Below are positions 49,900 to 62,370 of a stretch of 64,000 nucleotides of DNA, one piece after another. The position numbers and the translations under genes are program-made. Numbering within the stretch: the first letter of the stretch is position 1; each line of letters starts with the position of its first letter. The DNA is from Octopus sinensis. Lineage: Eukaryota. Location: assembly GCF_006345805.1 (NCBI RefSeq), contig NC_042997.1, forward strand, positions 80,352,001-80,416,000, written 5' to 3'. The notes under the pieces are model-generated. The model worked only from the letters and a program-made list of their open reading frames with translations, made no database searches and was not told the origin of the DNA.

Positions 49900-51345
49900 C
49901 ATGTATACCTCATGTTTGCTGTCTAATTCCTTTTTGAAGACATCTACTTCTATCTTATGCAAATTTTAAAATTTTTGTGGCAGGGTATTGAAAAGCTGTG
50001 GGCCTTTGAACACTAGACAATTGCAATACCTAGTCCTCAATTTAGATGGAGTGGACGGCACCTTTGATACAATACAAAGGCAGCAGGTTCTGGCATTTGT
50101 ATAACACTCAATGCTAAAGTTACATACTAGCCCTTCTAGGAATTTTCATATGTATATTATTGTGTATCTGTCACACCTTCACTCCAAGGAGCAGAGCTGT
50201 AGTTTTCTCAGCCTATCTCTATAGCTCATCCACTGCACTGTTTGAATCTTCTTAGTGTAGGGGCATTGGACTGCTCCAAGCTCCACTGTTAGTTTGGCAC
50301 TATGCGGTGACCATAACTGGGAACAGTAGTCCAGGTGGCTGAGAACAAAGGTTCTCCACAGGGTCAACATAATTTCTTGGTCTCTTGTCTTGAGGGACCT
50401 CAGTATCTATCCTGCCAGTTGTTTGCATTTTGCTGTCATCTTGCTTATGTGCATATGAAATGCTGTGTCATTGCACATGCTGATCCCCAAGTCTTTCACT
50501 GCCTGTAACTCTAATATTGTAGTGCTTTCAGGTCCTGTAAATGTACATTGTACTGTATTTGTACTTAGTTTATATTGCAGTACTTGAAATTTTCCAGCAT
50601 TAAACTGCATGTTGTTTATTTTAGTCCACTTGTAAACTGAGTTCAGGTCCTGCTGTAAACTTGTAACATCCTCTTGGTTTTTTTACTGCCTGGAATAATT
50701 ATGTGTCATTGGCATAGCTAATGACAGTGGGCATATCTAACAGGCCTATTATGAACAGTAATGACCCCAGAACAGTTCCTTGGGGGACGAGACGATTTCA
50801 GTTTCTTGAGAAAGGGCACCATTGGTTGCAACTACCTGACTTCTGTTATTAAGCAAGTCATGCAGCCACTCTCCCAGTTTACCAGCGATGCCAAGGTCTT
50901 GTAGCTCATAACTTATCATGTCATGATCTACCTTATCAAAAGTCTTTGCAAAGTCAAGGTATATCACACTGACATCTGAATGGTCAAGCAGCTGTTTCAA
51001 AACCCAGTCATAGTGCTGAAGCAACTATGTGAGGCAGCTTCTTCCTAGGCGGAAGCCATGCTGGGTATTGTTCAGTAGGTAATTTTCTTCTTGGAACATA
51101 AACCAACTACTTTCTGATGAGGCACTCCATGACTTTACTGATATGCGAAGTCAGAGACATTGACCTGTAGATTTTGGCCTCTGCTCTGTTTCCAACTTTG
51201 TGAATAGTGCATATACTACCTTCTTTCAGCTTTTTAGGAAGTATATCACTTGCAAGGAAACCCTGGAAAAGTACCGGAAGTGGTTTCGCTAAAGCCTGCT
51301 TACATGGCTTTATGTAGATATAACTTACTTGGAAGAGGATGTGTG
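49900..51345 (-). mobile_element. Older CR1-clade LINE RT fragment
   Basis: LLQHYDWVLKQL..DFAKTFDKVDH, MQFNAGKFQ, HLDYCSQLWSPH in several broken frames. Confidence 0.92.
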
Positions 51346-51677
51346 GAGTTCAATCATATAATAATATAAATAATAACAAAAAAAGGCTGGTCATTTGCGG
51401 CCTTCATTCTTCAGTCAAGTACTAGAAGTCATGACAATTTCGGGCAGTGATCCTAAAAATGGTTATATAATGTATGTATATATATATACATATATATTTA
51501 CGTATATTTATATACATATATATATATATGTATATATATATACATATATATTTACGTATATTTATATACATATATATATATATGTATATATATATACATA
51601 TATATTTACGTATATTTATATACATATATATATATGTATATATATATATACGTATATATATACATATATATATACGC

Positions 51678-51708
<31 letters not shown>

Positions 51709-51720
51709 CGTATATATATG

Positions 51721-53325
51721 ATGTACCCAGTGTAAGCTATGGACACATAAGAGGTGCAGCAATGTCAAAGGTAGGCTAACTGGGAAGATAGTTTTTGTAT
51801 GTGGCAGATGCTCGGGAGCATTAACCTCCGAAAATCTGCAGAAAACAACTTCCGTCACTTTCCAGGGGGAAAAACTAGAAGTAGTTGATAGCTTCCGTTA
51901 TCTTGGTAACCAAGTCAGTAGTGGGGGTGGGTGCGCTGAAAGAATAGCCTGGGCAAAGTTTAGGGAGCTCTTACCTCTGCTGGTGACTAAAGGCCTCTCG
52001 CTCAGAGTAAAAGGCAGACTGTATGATGCATGTGTACAAACAGCCATGCTACATGGCAGTGAAACATGGGCTGTGACTGCTGAGGACATGCGTAAGCTCG
52101 TGAGGAATGAAGCCAGTATGCTCCGATGGATGTGTAATGTCAGTGTACATACTCGACAGAGCGTTAGTACCTTGAGAGAAATGTACCTAAGAAGCATCAG
52201 TTGTGGTGTGCAAGAGAGACGATTGCGCTGGTATGGTCATGTGGCAAGAATGGATGAAGATAGGTGTGTGAAAAAGTGCCAATCCCAAGCAGTTGAGGGA
52301 ACCCGTGGAAGAGGTAGGCCCAGGAAAACCTGGGACGAGGTGGTGAAGCATGACCTTCGAACTTTAGGCCTCACTGAGGAAATGACCAGCAACCAAGACC
52401 TTTGGAAATATGCTGTACGTGAGAAGACCAGGCAGGACAAGTGAGCTCAGCCCACTTATGAATGCCTTTCCTTCCTTGGACACAAAGACCTGTTGAGGCA
52501 AGCGAAGTTGATATAGAACCTCATCCGACGACAGGCACCCATGCCAACCCCCTTTGCTTGCGAAGACATGTTGGGGCAAGCGAAATCGAAATCGAATTGA
52601 ACCAGCCAGGATCCCTGGTCTGGTGGTACGTAAAAAGCACTATCCGACTCATGGCCGATGCCAGCGCCGCCTCCACTGGCTTCCGTGCCGGTGGCAGGTA
52701 AAATACACCAATCCGACCGTACGACAGGCACCCATGCCAACCCCCTTTGCTTGCGAAGACATGTTGGGGCAAGCAAAATCGAAATCGAATTGAACCAGCC
52801 AGGATCCCTGGTCTGGTGGTACGTAAAAAGCACTATCCGACTCGTGGCCGATGCCAGCGCCGCCTCCACTGGGTCCGTGCTGGTGGCACGTAAAATACAC
52901 CAATCCGACCGTACGACAGGCACCCATGCCAAACCCCTTTGCTTGTGAAGACATGTTGGGGCAAGCAAAATCGAAATCGAATTGAACCAGCCAGGATCCC
53001 TGGTCTGGTGGTACGTAAAAAGCACTATCCGACTCGTGGCCGATGCCAGCGCCGCCTTGACTGGCTTCCGTGCCGGTGGCACATAACATACACCAATCCG
53101 ACCATGGCCGTTGCCAGCCTCGCCTCGCACCTGTGCAGGTGGCATGTAAAAAGCACCCACAACACTCACGGAGTGGTTGGCGTTAGGAAGGGCATCCAGC
53201 TGTAGAAACATTGCCAGATAAAACTGGAGCCTGGTGCAGCCTTCTGGCTTCCCAGATCACCGGTCGAACCGTCCAACCCATGCTAGCATGGAGAACGGAC
53301 GTTAAACAATGATGATGATGATGAT
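51721..53325 (+). mobile_element. RTE LINE 3' portion with an expanded 3' UTR
   Basis: C-terminal ORF (KGRLYDACV..RRLRWYGHVARM..GRGRPRKTW), a triplicated ~192-bp UTR unit and a (GAT)n tail. Confidence 0.95.
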
Positions 53326-53602
53326 ATATATATATACATGTATATATACGCATATATATATACATATATATATACATATATATACGTATATATATATACA
53401 TATATATACGTATATATATATACATATATATACATATATATACATATATATATATATACATATACATATATATATATATACATATATATATACATACATA
53501 TATATATACATATATATACGTATATATATACATATGTATCTGTGTATATATATATATACATATATATATATATACATACATATATATCTGAATATATATA
53601 CG

Positions 53603-53639
<37 letters not shown>

Positions 53640-53786
53640 GGTTAAGTAATTGAGATTCTAGTGAATTCTAAAGAATTCACATGAATATGGTCCTTAACTA
53701 GGATGCACCGGATATCTATATGGTGTTAACCATACGACAAGTGGGATGATTATAAATAGGAAAAAAGCAACAAGAATGGATTAAAA

Positions 53787-53874
53787 TCTCGGTACGATCG
53801 TTTCGTACGAGGACATCTTTAATAAGCTACAAAAAATGCAGTGAATACAGATGGCTCGTACTCGTCAGCCGAAA
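53787..53874 (-). ncRNA. Type I hammerhead ribozyme motif, mirror copy
   Basis: Identical to the + copy except for a fully Watson-Crick stem II GTACGAG/CTCGTAC; predicted cut between 53793 and 53792. Confidence 0.87.
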
Positions 53875-53953
53875 AAATATCAGAGAATTCCCAAACATCA
53901 AAAGGGGTAAGGGGTAGATACCCCTTTTGATGTTTGGGAATTCTCTGATATTT

Positions 53954-54041
53954 TTTCGGCTGACGAGTATGAGCCATCTGTATTCACTGCATTTTTTGTA
54001 GCTTATTAAAGATGTCCTCGTACGAAACGATCGTACCGAGA
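53954..54041 (+). ncRNA. Type I hammerhead ribozyme motif (minimal, PLE-type), canonical core
   Basis: Stem I TTTCGG/CCGAGA; core CTGACGA (53960-53966); stem II GTATGAG/CTCGTAC; GAAA (54024-54027); stem III AC-GATC-GT (palindromic ACGATCGT); GUA cleavage triplet, predicted cut after 54035. Confidence 0.85.
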
Positions 54042-54072
54042 TTTTAATCCATTCTTGTTGCTTTTTTCCTAT

Positions 54073-54453
54073 ATATATATATATATATATATAATACATA
54101 TATATATATATATCTATACATATATATCTGTATATATATACATATATATCTGTATATATATACATATATATCTGTATATATATACATATATATCTGTATA
54201 TATATACATATATATCTGTATATATATATATATATACATACATATATCTGCATATATATATACATATATCTGTATAATATATATATTATACATATATCTG
54301 TATATATATATATACATATATCTGTATATAGATATATATACATATATCTGTATATATATATACATATATCTGTAATATATATATATATATACATATATCT
54401 GTATATATATATATACATACATATATCTGTATATATATATATATATACATATA

Positions 54454-54521
<68 letters not shown>

Positions 54522-55110
54522 TCTGTATATATTATATATATACATATATCTGTATATATATATATATATACATATATCTGTATATATATATATATATATA
54601 TCTATGTATATATATATATATATACATATATCTGTATATATCTATATATATATATCTGTATATATATATATACATATATCTGTATATATATATATACATA
54701 TATCTGTATATATATATATACATATATCTGTATATATATATATATACTATATATCTGTATATATATATATATACATAATCTGTATATATATAATATATAC
54801 ATATATCTGTATATATATATACACATATATAATATATGTATATATATATATATACATATATCTGTATATATATATATATATATACATATATCTGTATATA
54901 TATATATATATATATACATATATATACATATGTATATATATATATAATATATAATATATATACAATATATATACATATGTATATATATATATAGATATAT
55001 ATATATATACATATATATATATATCTGTATATATATATACATATATATATATACATATATACATATATATATATCTATATATATAATATATATATATATT
55101 ATATATATAT
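54073..55110. repeat. Complex (TA)n array with ATATATACATATATCTGT-type units
   Basis: Low complexity; all YI-rich ORFs here are artefacts. Confidence 0.97.
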
Positions 55111-55692
55111 AAAAATCCTTAAAAATGTATCAGCCTGAAGGCTGCAGCCATGCTGGGGCACCACCGCTGAACGAGCTACACTAATATGTGATTCCACCTC
55201 TGATACATGGCACTTGGTCAACAAGGGAGTTTGAAGCCGCTGCCCGCATCTCTGTCTCCTGTCACGAGGTAGGTTAATCTGGGACCCCCGACAAGAAGAG
55301 ATCCAGTTTAGTTTTAAAGATACCCACATCCACACCATGCAAGTCTCTCAGGCATTTAGGGAGGATTTTAAAGAGCTGTGGTCCTCTGAAACCCGAGCTG
55401 TTGCAGTATCTGAACCTGTATTTTGATGGTGATGTGGGAATATTTGGCACCAGGCAGTGCCGCCCCGTTCTGCAGTTTGGGTAACTTTGAATGCCAAAGT
55501 TTGGTACAAGACCCTCCAAGATTTTCCAGATGTATATCACCGCATATCTCGCCCGTCTTCACCGTAGGGAGAAGAGTTTTAATACTTTTAGTCTTTCCCA
55601 GTAGCTGATATGTTGCATTGAGACGATCTTCTTAGTGTAGCTTCTTTGAATTGCTTCGAGTTCTGCTGTTAGCTTTATATTGTTTAGTGACC

Positions 55693-55695
<3 letters not shown>
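55111..55695 (-). mobile_element. CR1-clade LINE 3' fragment
   Basis: IYIWKILEGLVPNFGI..GFRGPQLF..LDLFLSGVPD plus the shared 3' tail. Confidence 0.92.
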
Positions 55696-55750
<55 letters not shown>

Positions 55751-55921
55751 AAATATGTATATATATATATATATATGTATGTATAAATATGTATATATAT
55801 ATATATACCGGAGTAAACACATAAATGTGAAACAAGGTGGAAAAAAGAGTACTCAAATACCAGTGGTAGAGTAATATGCTTTATTTTATGTATGTATAAA
55901 TATGTATATATATATATATAT

Positions 55922-57681
55922 CTGATTTAGATTTTTTTGATTTGATTTTTCCAGTTTCATCTAATGAGCTGTGGCCATGCTGGGGCACTGCCATTTGGTT
56001 TGCTACACGATTTTACCTCACGGATGCTTTTTAGCAAACGCCATCTGATGCATGAGAGAGTTCGATGCAGCTGCCCTCATCTGCACCTCCTGCCGTGAAG
56101 TTGGTTCATCCGGGACACCTGACAGGAAGAGATCCAGTCCTACTTTAAAGACATCCGCATCTACACCATGCCGGTCCCTTAGGTTCTTCGGGAGGATATT
56201 GAAGAGCCATGGGCCTCTGAAACCCAGGCTATCACAATATCTTGTCCTACATCTTGATGGCAAATTTGGAGTCCTTGGTACTACGCAGTGGCGTCCGGTT
56301 CTGGCATTTGTGTGATTCTCGATGCCAAAGTCTGGGACAAGACCTTCCAGGATCTTCCAGATATATATTATGGCATATCTTTCTCGCCTACGCTCCAGGG
56401 AATAGAGCTTTAATCTCTTGAATCTCTCCCAGTAGCTCGTATGCTGCACAGAGGCTATCTTCTTCGTGTAGCTTCGTTGGATCGCCTCAAGTTCTGTGAT
56501 CAGCTTGACACTGGATGGTGACCATAGCTGAGAGCAATAGTCAAAGTGGCTTAGGACAAGTGTCTTCCAGAGGACCATCATGGTTTCTTGTTCTCTTGTT
56601 CTAAAGGTTCTAAGAATCCATCCAGCCAGCCGTCTACATTTCATTGTCAGTTTAGCAACATGTACATGAAAGGTCGCGTCATCACTCATGTGAATACCCA
56701 GGTCACGCACTGATTGTGCCTCCGGGATTGCAATCCTTCCGGGTCCAGTGTATTCATTGGGTATTGCATTCAGTTTTGCATGCTGATAGTGTAAAGCTTG
56801 AAACTTTTCAGCATTGAACTGCATGCTATTCTTTTCAGCCCACTTGTATATTTCGTCCAGCTCACATTGCAGGTGCATAGTGTCTTCAGGGTTCTGTATT
56901 GCCTGTGAAACTTTTGTATCATCTGCATAACTTGTGATCGTGGCTCTCTGCGTGGCTGAGGGCATGTCTGAGAGGGCCATTATGAACAGTAGTGGTCCCA
57001 AAACAGTGCCCTACGGAACACCGCTCACTATTTGCGTGTTAATGGAAGCTGCTACCACCTGACTTCTATTCTTCAGAAAGTCATGAAGCCATTCTCCCAG
57101 TTTTCCAACTATGCCAAGATCACGCAGTTTGTGACATATCATTCCATGATCGACTTTATCGAAGGCCTTTGCAAAATCGAGATACATGACTTCCACATTT
57201 GAGTGGTTGAGCAGTTGTTTCAGCACCCAGTCATAGTGTTGTAGGAGCTGAGTTAAGCAGCTTCTTCCTGGTCGGAAACCATGTTGGGTGTCAGGCAGCA
57301 AGTCATTTTCTTCAAGGAAGGTGATTAGTTTCCTTCTAATTATTCGTTCCATGACCTTGCTGATGTGTGAGGTGAGAGAGATAGGTCTGTAGTTCTTGGC
57401 CTCCGCTCTGCTACCTACTTTATGAATAGGACATATTTGACCTTCCTTCAGTTTTCTTGGAAGTTTGCCAGCTGCAAGGAAGCTCTGAAAGAGGAACTGC
57501 AGTGGTCTTGCTAGGACTCTCTTACATACTTTTAGGAGGATTGCCGGGAATCCATCGGGGCCAATAGCTGAGTCTGTTTTCATTTCATCTATAGCCTTTA
57601 TTACATCGTCTTCCTTTATATCTATCTAATTATCGTCGCCGCCTCTGATTTTATATCTGCAGTGGTAAAGAAGTCAGTTGG

Positions 57682-57682
<1 letters not shown>
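55922..57682 (-). mobile_element. CR1-clade LINE RT and 3' end
   Basis: ORFs 57011-57583 and 56018-57001 with full RT motifs; 3' tail GGCAGTGCCCCAGCATGGCCACAG. Confidence 0.96.
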
Positions 57683-57767
<85 letters not shown>

Positions 57768-57835
57768 ATATATAATGTATATATATATATATATGTATAT
57801 ATGTAATATATATATGTATATATATATATATATCT

Positions 57836-57920
<85 letters not shown>

Positions 57921-57947
57921 ATATATATATATATATATATAATAGTA

Positions 57948-57988
<41 letters not shown>

Positions 57989-58012
57989 ATAAATATTATA
58001 TATATATATTAT

Positions 58013-58044
<32 letters not shown>

Positions 58045-58101
58045 ATATATATATATATATGTGTATAAATATGTATATATATATACATATTTATACATAT
58101 G

Positions 58102-58142
<41 letters not shown>

Positions 58143-58331
58143 TATATATATATACATATTATACATATGTATGTATATATATATATATATATTATATATA
58201 TATATATATATATGTATGTATAATATGTATATATATATTGTATATATATATGTATGTATATATGTATATATATATATGTATATATATAATATATATGTAT
58301 ATATAATATGTATATATATAATATATATATG

Positions 58332-58374
<43 letters not shown>

Positions 58375-58803
58375 TGTATATATATATACATATATATATA
58401 TATTATGTATATATATATAATATATATATATATATGTATATAATATATATATATGTATATATATATATATAAATATGTATATATATATATATATATGTAT
58501 ATATAATATATATATATATGTATGTATAATATGTATATACATATTTATACATATGTATGTATAAATATGTATATACATATTTATACATATGTATGTATAA
58601 ACATGTATATATACATATATATATGTATGTATGTATAAATATGTATATATATATATATGTATAAACATGTATATATACATATATATATGTATGTATGTAT
58701 AAATATGTATATATATATATATGTATAAACATGTATATATACATATATATATGTATATATGTGTATAAATATGTTATATATATACATATTATACATATGT
58801 ATG

Positions 58804-58836
<33 letters not shown>

Positions 58837-58885
58837 AATATGTATATATATATACATATTTATACATATGTATGTATATATATAT

Positions 58886-58929
<44 letters not shown>

Positions 58930-59071
58930 ATATATGTATATATATATATATAATATATATGTATGTATAAATATGTATATATATATATGTATATAATATA
59001 TATGTATGTATAAATATGTATAATATATATGTATATATATATATAATATATATTAATATATATATAAATAG

Positions 59072-59103
<32 letters not shown>

Positions 59104-59458
59104 TATATATATATATATAATATATATATATATGTATGTATAAATATGTATATATATAATGTATATATATATGTATGTATAAATATGTATATATTATACA
59201 TATTTATACTATGTATGTATATATATATATATAATATATATATATAGGTATGTATAAATATGTATATATATATGTATATATATATGTATGTATAAATATG
59301 TATATATAGATATATATATATGTATTATATATATCTATATATGTATATAAATATGTATATTATATATTATATATATGTATGTATAAATATGTATATACAT
59401 ATTTATACATATGTATGTATAAATATGTATATACATATTTATACATATGTATGTATAA

Positions 59459-59496
<38 letters not shown>

Positions 59497-59533
59497 ATAA
59501 ATATGTATATATATATACATATTTATACATATG

Positions 59534-59574
<41 letters not shown>

Positions 59575-59763
59575 TATATATATATACATATTATACATAT
59601 GTATGTATATATATATATATATATTATATATATATATATATATATGTATGTATAATATGTATATATATATTGTATATATATATGTATGTATATATGTATA
59701 TATATATATGTATATATATAATATATATGTATATATAATATGTATATATATAATATATATATG

Positions 59764-59806
<43 letters not shown>

Positions 59807-60037
59807 TGTATATATATATACATATATATATATATTATGTATATATATATAATATATATATATATATGTATATAATATATATATATGTATATATATATAT
59901 ATAAATATGTATATATATATATATATATGTATATATAATATATATATATATGTATGTATAATATGTATATACATATTTATACATATGTATGTATAAATAT
60001 GTATATACATATTTATACATATGTATGTATAAATATG

Positions 60038-60070
<33 letters not shown>

Positions 60071-60107
60071 AAATATGTATATATATATATATGTATGAAT
60101 AAAAATG

Positions 60108-60142
<35 letters not shown>

Positions 60143-60175
60143 AAATATGTATATATAATATATGTATGAATAAAA

Positions 60176-60229
<54 letters not shown>

Positions 60230-60238
60230 AAATATGTA

Positions 60239-60270
<32 letters not shown>
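57683..60270. repeat. 2.6-kb complex (TA)n array with higher-order structure
   Basis: Low complexity with GTATGTATAAATAT variants and an internal duplication at a 1432-bp offset. Confidence 0.97.
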
Positions 60271-62293
60271 GTGGACAGAGATTTAGAGACATGTTACTTG
60301 AAGCCTTTGACGAAGTAGAAGGGGATAGAGTATCACATGGGGTAGAGGACAACTGGACATTTCTAAGGGACAACCTGCTGAGAGCCACTGACCAGATCTG
60401 TGGCTGGTGCAAAGTCCCCTCTCGTCCCAAGGTAACGTGGTGGTGGAACAGTGTCGTAGACAGGGCTATTAGAGAAAAGAGACAGACTTGGAATCACTGG
60501 AAGAATGGTGGTAGCAGGGAATTGTATCAGACTGCTAAAAGGGAAGCTAGGAGACAGGTCTATCTAGCCAGAGGGGAAGCAGATAAGAAAAAATTTGCCA
60601 ATGTTCTGCGCCGTGAGGACCAAAGACTGGAGGTGTTTCGCGTTGCAAGACAGTGTGTGAGAGAGAATTGTGATGTGGTGGGAGAGAAGTGTGTTCGCAT
60701 GGAAGATGGTTCACTTGCGCTAAACGAGGATGCAAAGAGAGAGGCTTGGAGTCGCCACTATGAAAGGTTGCTGAATAAAGAAAATGAATGGGATAAAGAG
60801 AGTCTGCCGAACGTTGACCCAACAGAGGGACCAGCTATCAGGGTTGATAGTTCCTTAGTAGCTAAGGCAATTAGAAGCATGAAGACAGGGAAAGCCCCAG
60901 GACCATCAGGTATCACTGCAGAAATGCTCAAAATATCTGGTAGTGTCGGCTATAGCCTAGTCACCTGTATAGTTAATCAGGTGATACATGAAGGAGTCAT
61001 ACCCAATGACTGGTGTAGCAGCATAATAGTCAACTGCTACAAAGGTAAAGGTGATGCCCTAGATACAAATAATTACAGAGGTATCAAGCTGTTGGATCAG
61101 GTGATGAAGGTTACAGAGAGGGTCATAAGCCAACTAATTAGAGAGAGAGTTAGTTAGATGAGATGCAGTTTGGTTTCATGCCAGGGAAAAGTACCACTGA
61201 TGCTATATTCCTGGTAAGGCAGCTGCAGGAGAAATACCTAGCCAAAGATAAGCCCCTGTACCTGGCTTTTGTTGACATGGAGAAAGCCTTCGACAGGGTA
61301 CCCCGATCCCTCATATGGTGGTCAATGAGGAAACTAGGAATAGATGAATGGTTAGTGAGAGCTGTGCAAGCCATGTACAGGGACGCTGCTAGTAAGGTGA
61401 GGGTTGGAAATGAGTACAGTGAAGAATTCCGGGTAGAGGTAGGGGTCCACCAAGGCTCAGTCCTCAGCCCCCTCCTATTTATCATAGTCCTCCAGGCAAT
61501 AACGGAGGAATTCAAGACAGGATGCCCCTGGGAGCTCCTCTATGCTGATGACCTTGCTCTAATTGCTGAGTTATTATCAGAACTGGAGAAGAAGTTTCAG
61601 GTGTGGAAGCATGGTTTAGAATCGAAGGGCCTTAGAGTCAACCTAGCTAAAACCAAAGTCGTAATAAGTAGGAAGGTAGACAAATCACAAACGCCTTCAG
61701 GTAGATGGCCCTGCTCGATCTGTGGAAAAGGTGTAGGTAGAAACTCTATAAGATGTACCAAGTGTAAGCTATGGACACATAAGAGGTGCAGCAATGTCAT
61801 AGGAAGGCTAACTAGGAAGATGGTTTTTGTATGTGGCAGATGCTCGGGAACATTAACCTCTGAAAATCTGCAGAAAACAACTTCCGTCACTTTCCAGGGG
61901 GAAAAACTAGAAGTAGTTGATAGCTTCCGTTATCTTGGTGACCAAGTCAGTAGTGGGGGTGGGTGTGCTGAAAGTGTAACGGCTAGAGTAAGAATAGCCT
62001 GGGCAAAGTTTAGGGAGCTCTTACCTCTGCTGGTGACTAAAGGCCTCTCGCTCAGAGTAAAAGGCAGACTGTATGATGCATGTGTACGAACAGCCATGCT
62101 ACATGGCAGTGAAACATGGGCCGTGACTGCTGAGGACATGCGTAAGCTCGCGAGAAATGAAGCTAGTATGCTCCGTTGGATGTGCAATGTCAGTGTTCAT
62201 AGTCGACAGAGTGTAAGTACCTTGAGAGAAAAGTTGGACCTAAGAGGAATCAGATGTTGTGTGCAAGAGAGACGATTGCGCTGGTATGGTCAT
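60271..62293 (+). mobile_element. RTE LINE internal (RT) fragment bounded by TA arrays
   Basis: Near-identical to 34018-36030, with complete RT motifs (DMEKAFDRV, QGSVLSP, LYADDL). It starts and ends abruptly in (TA)n. Confidence 0.96.
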
Positions 62294-62370
62294 ATGTATA
62301 TATATATATATATATGTATATATATACATATGTATATATATATATGTAAATATATATATGTATATATATA

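Larger units (their letters stand above)
53756..54072. repeat. Near-perfect palindrome: 154-bp arms, 9-nt spacer, one mismatch
   Basis: Arms 53756-53909 and 53919-54072; the only mismatch is G53858/T53970. Confidence 0.97.

Noticed and set aside
52640-52710. Possible HDV-like ribozyme in RTE 3' UTR modules (GGC-TTCCGT-GCC hairpin with a P1-like pairing)
   Set aside because: L3 is one base short of the consensus, and there is no J1/4 GG, P4, catalytic C-containing J4/2 or P2 3' strand.
53183-60234. Dozens of long Tyr/Ile-rich ORFs (YIYIYI...)
   Set aside because: These are translations of (TA)n/(TACA)n microsatellites and have no coding signal.
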